64,000 bases of DNA, from IMG/VR virus record IMGVR_UViG_3300044614_001923; one strand, written 5' to 3'. Below are positions 61,251-64,000 of the stretch, piece after piece (positions within the stretch are counted from its first letter, which is position 1; every line of letters begins with the position of its first letter). The notes below the pieces were generated by a model. The model ran no database searches and was not told the DNA's origin. It saw only the letters and a program-made list of their open reading frames with translations. A program made the translations under genes and the position numbers. The DNA comes from a virus (taxonomy: Duplodnaviria; Caudoviricetes).

Positions 61251-62654
61251 TTATGGTGTTCCAAATGGATTTTTCTCACTGAAATCCAGTATTTCATTAG
61301 CTGCAATTTGAATCTCATCATTTGCAGCATAAATATCTGCTCTATTTAGTTCATCCTCTGGGTCTGCAAGATTTTGCAGGGCATCTTCTGAAATAACATA
61401 TGTTGCCCCAGAATCTTGTCCTATTAAAGTTTCTCCAACAATAAACTCTCCAGTAATATTTGAAACTTCAAGAAATCTTGAAATTGCATTCCAAGATTTT
61501 ACTCTTGCTAATGTACTACTAATACTTCCTACAATAACTTCATTATATTCATATTTTCCAGATCCAATTAATACTGGCGATCCTATCGCAATAGTTGGTA
61601 TTGCACTGTATCCCAATCCTGCATTAATAATCCTAATTTCACGTACAGATCCATTTTCAATAATGGCTCTAGCTTGTGCGGATACTGAAGATATTCCTGT
61701 AAAAGTTACAGATGGTGCATTTGCGTATCCAGATCCCCCACTAGTAACTGTAATAACACCTACAATTCCATCTCCTATAGTAGATGTTGCAGCAGCTCCA
61801 ACTCCACTGTCACTGTAGAATGCAATACCTGGAGCAACTGTATATCCAGATCCTACATTAATCATTTCTATTCCCTGAACTCTTCCAAGAGTTTCGTCAA
61901 CCTCACAGAAATCAACAATACCATAAATCATAGTTGCAATTCCAGATGCTGTTCTGCCTCCTGTAGGAGCAGATGAGAATCCAATAGTTGGAACTGAAGA
62001 GTAACCACTTCCTCTATTTGTCACTGTTGCAAATCTGATACCACCATTGACAATGCTTGTTATTGCAGTTGCAGTCGAACCAATGCCAATCATTTTAAGA
62101 GTTCTAATACTTGCAATATCTTCAGTATTATCGTCTATTTCTTGAATTCCAGTATCAATTACTTCATCTCCATATCTAAAGAGTTCGCACTGTAATTCAT
62201 AGACATAATTTTTTTGAAGTTGATAAAAAGGTTTTTCATGCTCAACATATTTAATTTCAAAAATTCTATCTCCAAGAGGAAACCATATCAAATCTCCTTC
62301 TTTTGGTCTCTTAGATGTTTTAATATTTGGTAAACCAGAAATCAAAGGAGTTATATAAGTTTCAAATCTTTCTTTAGATATTATAAGAGTTAGGTCATCA
62401 AGTTCTTGAATTCCAAATTTAGATAAAATAGTACCTTGTCCGCCATATCCGTTAAAATTATCTACATATGCTTCTAAAGGATATGCATTTTTAAACTCAG
62501 ATTCTATAACTTCTCTTATTACAGTTCTTTCTGTAATAAATTGTCTTGGTATGTAATAAACTTCAACTCCATACATTCTAAGTTGTTCATTAATAAGATC
62601 TTGTACTAGGTTCTGCTCACCCTTTGAACCCTGAAGAAAGAATGGATTTAACAT
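61251..62654 (-). CDS. gp14: Neck protein with an inserted repeat region
   Basis: LNPFF...EQ.LVQDLINEQL, EGDLIWFP, FEIKYVEHEKPFYQL; C-terminal DFSEKNPFG. Confidence 0.93.
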   Translation of the reverse strand: MLNPFFLQGSKGEQNLVQDLINEQLRMYGVEVYYIPRQFITERTVIREVIESEFKNAYPLEAYVDNFNGYGGQGTILSKFGIQELDDLTLIISKERFETYITPLISGLPNIKTSKRPKEGDLIWFPLGDRIFEIKYVEHEKPFYQLQKNYVYELQCELFRYGDEVIDTGIQEIDDNTEDIASIRTLKMIGIGSTATAITSIVNGGIRFATVTNRGSGYSSVPTIGFSSAPTGGRTASGIATMIYGIVDFCEVDETLGRVQGIEMINVGSGYTVAPGIAFYSDSGVGAAATSTIGDGIVGVITVTSGGSGYANAPSVTFTGISSVSAQARAIIENGSVREIRIINAGLGYSAIPTIAIGSPVLIGSGKYEYNEVIVGSISSTLARVKSWNAISRFLEVSNITGEFIVGETLIGQDSGATYVISEDALQNLADPEDELNRADIYAANDEIQIAANEILDFSEKNPFGTP

Positions 62655-62658
62655 ATTA

Positions 62659-63501
62659 TTATCCGATCATGTCTAGAGGTGGAAGTTCGTATGTTGATGA
62701 CATCTTATCCATGATGACATCAATTTCTCTTTGTCCATCGTCAAACAATTGTCTTCCATTCAATTCAACTCCACCAGGAAGTTTAACTCCCTGAAATTTA
62801 ATAAGATTTTGTCCCCATTGTCTTTTAATTAATGCGGTTAAATATGGTTTTAAAAATGAATCATTCCAAACTCTAGAATAATCTCCAGGATCCATCATTC
62901 TATAACAGTCTATAATAATATAATGACCAACTTGTAAACTAGACCAATCAATATCAAGATATAATCTATCCTGCCTCTTATTAAAACGTATTTGCTTCTG
63001 TGTAGTTAATAACCAATCAATATCTTCAAGATATCTTTTTACCATTGAATATGAAAGTAATTCAGTCGAACCCCAATAGTAAATATCATTTAAGAACAAT
63101 TGATATTTAATACCAAACATTCCACTTGATACTGAATTAGATCCTTCAAAATGAAATATTTTATTTACTCCTATTACATGAGAAGGAACTTGTAAATAAT
63201 TACTATTTTCGTAGTAATTGAAAGTTACTGTTGTTGTACCTATACCAGCACTAGCTGATGTTGATGCTATGCCAACCCCAGTGATTCCTTTTGCCCTACC
63301 TCTATCAATATCTTCTTGTCTGACTTGATATTTTAAATATGTTTGATAAACCCCATCAAAATGTCTTTCTTGAAAGAGTTGTAGGGCATCATCGACAAGA
63401 TCGTCAATTTGCTCATCAGCAATATTAATCTCTAATACTGGAGCTCCCAATTTTCTTAAACAATAATCGACAAGTTCTTGTCTTGAAGATGGTTGTGCCA
63501 T
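62659..63501 (-). CDS. gp13: Neck protein
   Basis: YCLRKLGAPVLEIN, WGQNLIKFQGVKLPGGVELNG. Confidence 0.96.
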   Translation of the reverse strand: MAQPSSRQELVDYCLRKLGAPVLEINIADEQIDDLVDDALQLFQERHFDGVYQTYLKYQVRQEDIDRGRAKGITGVGIASTSASAGIGTTTVTFNYYENSNYLQVPSHVIGVNKIFHFEGSNSVSSGMFGIKYQLFLNDIYYWGSTELLSYSMVKRYLEDIDWLLTTQKQIRFNKRQDRLYLDIDWSSLQVGHYIIIDCYRMMDPGDYSRVWNDSFLKPYLTALIKRQWGQNLIKFQGVKLPGGVELNGRQLFDDGQREIDVIMDKMSSTYELPPLDMIG

Positions 63502-63552
63502 GTTACAACTTGATTATAGGACTACAATTTAAAAATCAATATACTATCTATA

Positions 63553-63819
63553 TTATTTCAATAGGTTCCTTAGGAGAGATTTAATTTCATCCAAGTCATC
63601 CTTAAGATTTGTAATATTAGACTCAATGGATTCTATTCGTTTGGTTTCTGATTCTTTAATTTTTTTCAATTCAATATAAGTTTTATATTCATCATAATTT
63701 GTATTTAAAATGGCATTTGTCCTCTCATCTCTTACTAAGTTTGGATGCCCTTCAACAAAACTGAAGTTTAATAATTCAGGAGGAAGTTGACCTTCCTCAC
63801 TGTTACTAATGTTATTCAT
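63553..63819 (-). CDS. Conserved hypothetical protein with a C-terminal coiled coil
   Basis: VEGHPNLVRDERTNAILN...DDLDEIKSLL. Confidence 0.75.
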   Translation of the reverse strand: MNNISNSEEGQLPPELLNFSFVEGHPNLVRDERTNAILNTNYDEYKTYIELKKIKESETKRIESIESNITNLKDDLDEIKSLLRNLLK

Positions 63820-63825
63820 AGATTA

Positions 63826-64000
63826 TTATGCAAGTGATATAATTCTCAGATCTCTCAATCTGGGTGGATATGCTTGATTGGAAGAAGAACCAATTAATTT
63901 AATACTATAATATTTAAAGTTTGGTAGATTATCAATTGTAAACTCATAATCTTTGTAAATGATTTCATTACTCAAGAAACCAGTTGATTCTGCGTATGCA
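63826..64000 (-). CDS. C-terminal end of a large structural protein entering from the right edge
   Basis: Manual translation ...YKDYEFTIDNLPNFKYYSIKLIGSSSNQAYPPRLRDLRIISLA*. Confidence 0.8.
   Translation of the reverse strand, partial: AYAESTGFLSNEIIYKDYEFTIDNLPNFKYYSIKLIGSSSNQAYPPRLRDLRIISLA

Noticed and set aside
1-64000. Stop-codon reassignment or suppressor tRNAs
   Set aside because: Core genes are full length under the standard code, and no CTA, TCA or TTA anticodons were found.

Overview
A 64-kb segment of a T4-like cyanomyophage genome (Kyanoviridae type). A freshwater, S-CRM01-like lineage is inferred from the large tRNA array and dps. Every credible gene lies on the minus strand. 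In window order: (i) dps and a tRNA array at 667-3721, hand-folded as 19 tRNAs plus one degenerate tRNA-like element, with an HNH endonuclease, micro-ORFs and structured spacers inserted; (ii) a muramidase, a GIY-YIG nuclease, nrdB/nrdA and primase; (iii) late-promoter-driven modular low-complexity proteins, a HIGH-family nucleotidyltransferase, a 506-aa orphan nuclease-like ORF and tRNA-Ala; (iv) replication genes (mazG, gp41, uvsX, gp43, hsp20, regA, gp62, dam, gp44, gp45, cobS/cobT-like, gp46/47, gp55, uvsW/Y); (v) morphogenesis genes (gp3, gp23-gp13). Best leads: proteins with T4 capsid-targeting-like N-termini and repeated gp21-type cleavage motifs (putative virion-packaged polyproteins, including the nucleotidyltransferase); a set of A34 tRNAs (Thr-AGU, short-arm Leu-AAG, Arg-ACG, degenerate Val-AAC) plus a long-arm Ile-UAU; several candidate structured ncRNAs; and a palindromic promoter element at near-fixed spacing from -10 boxes. 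All family calls come from motif recognition by eye; no database searches or folding programs were run.
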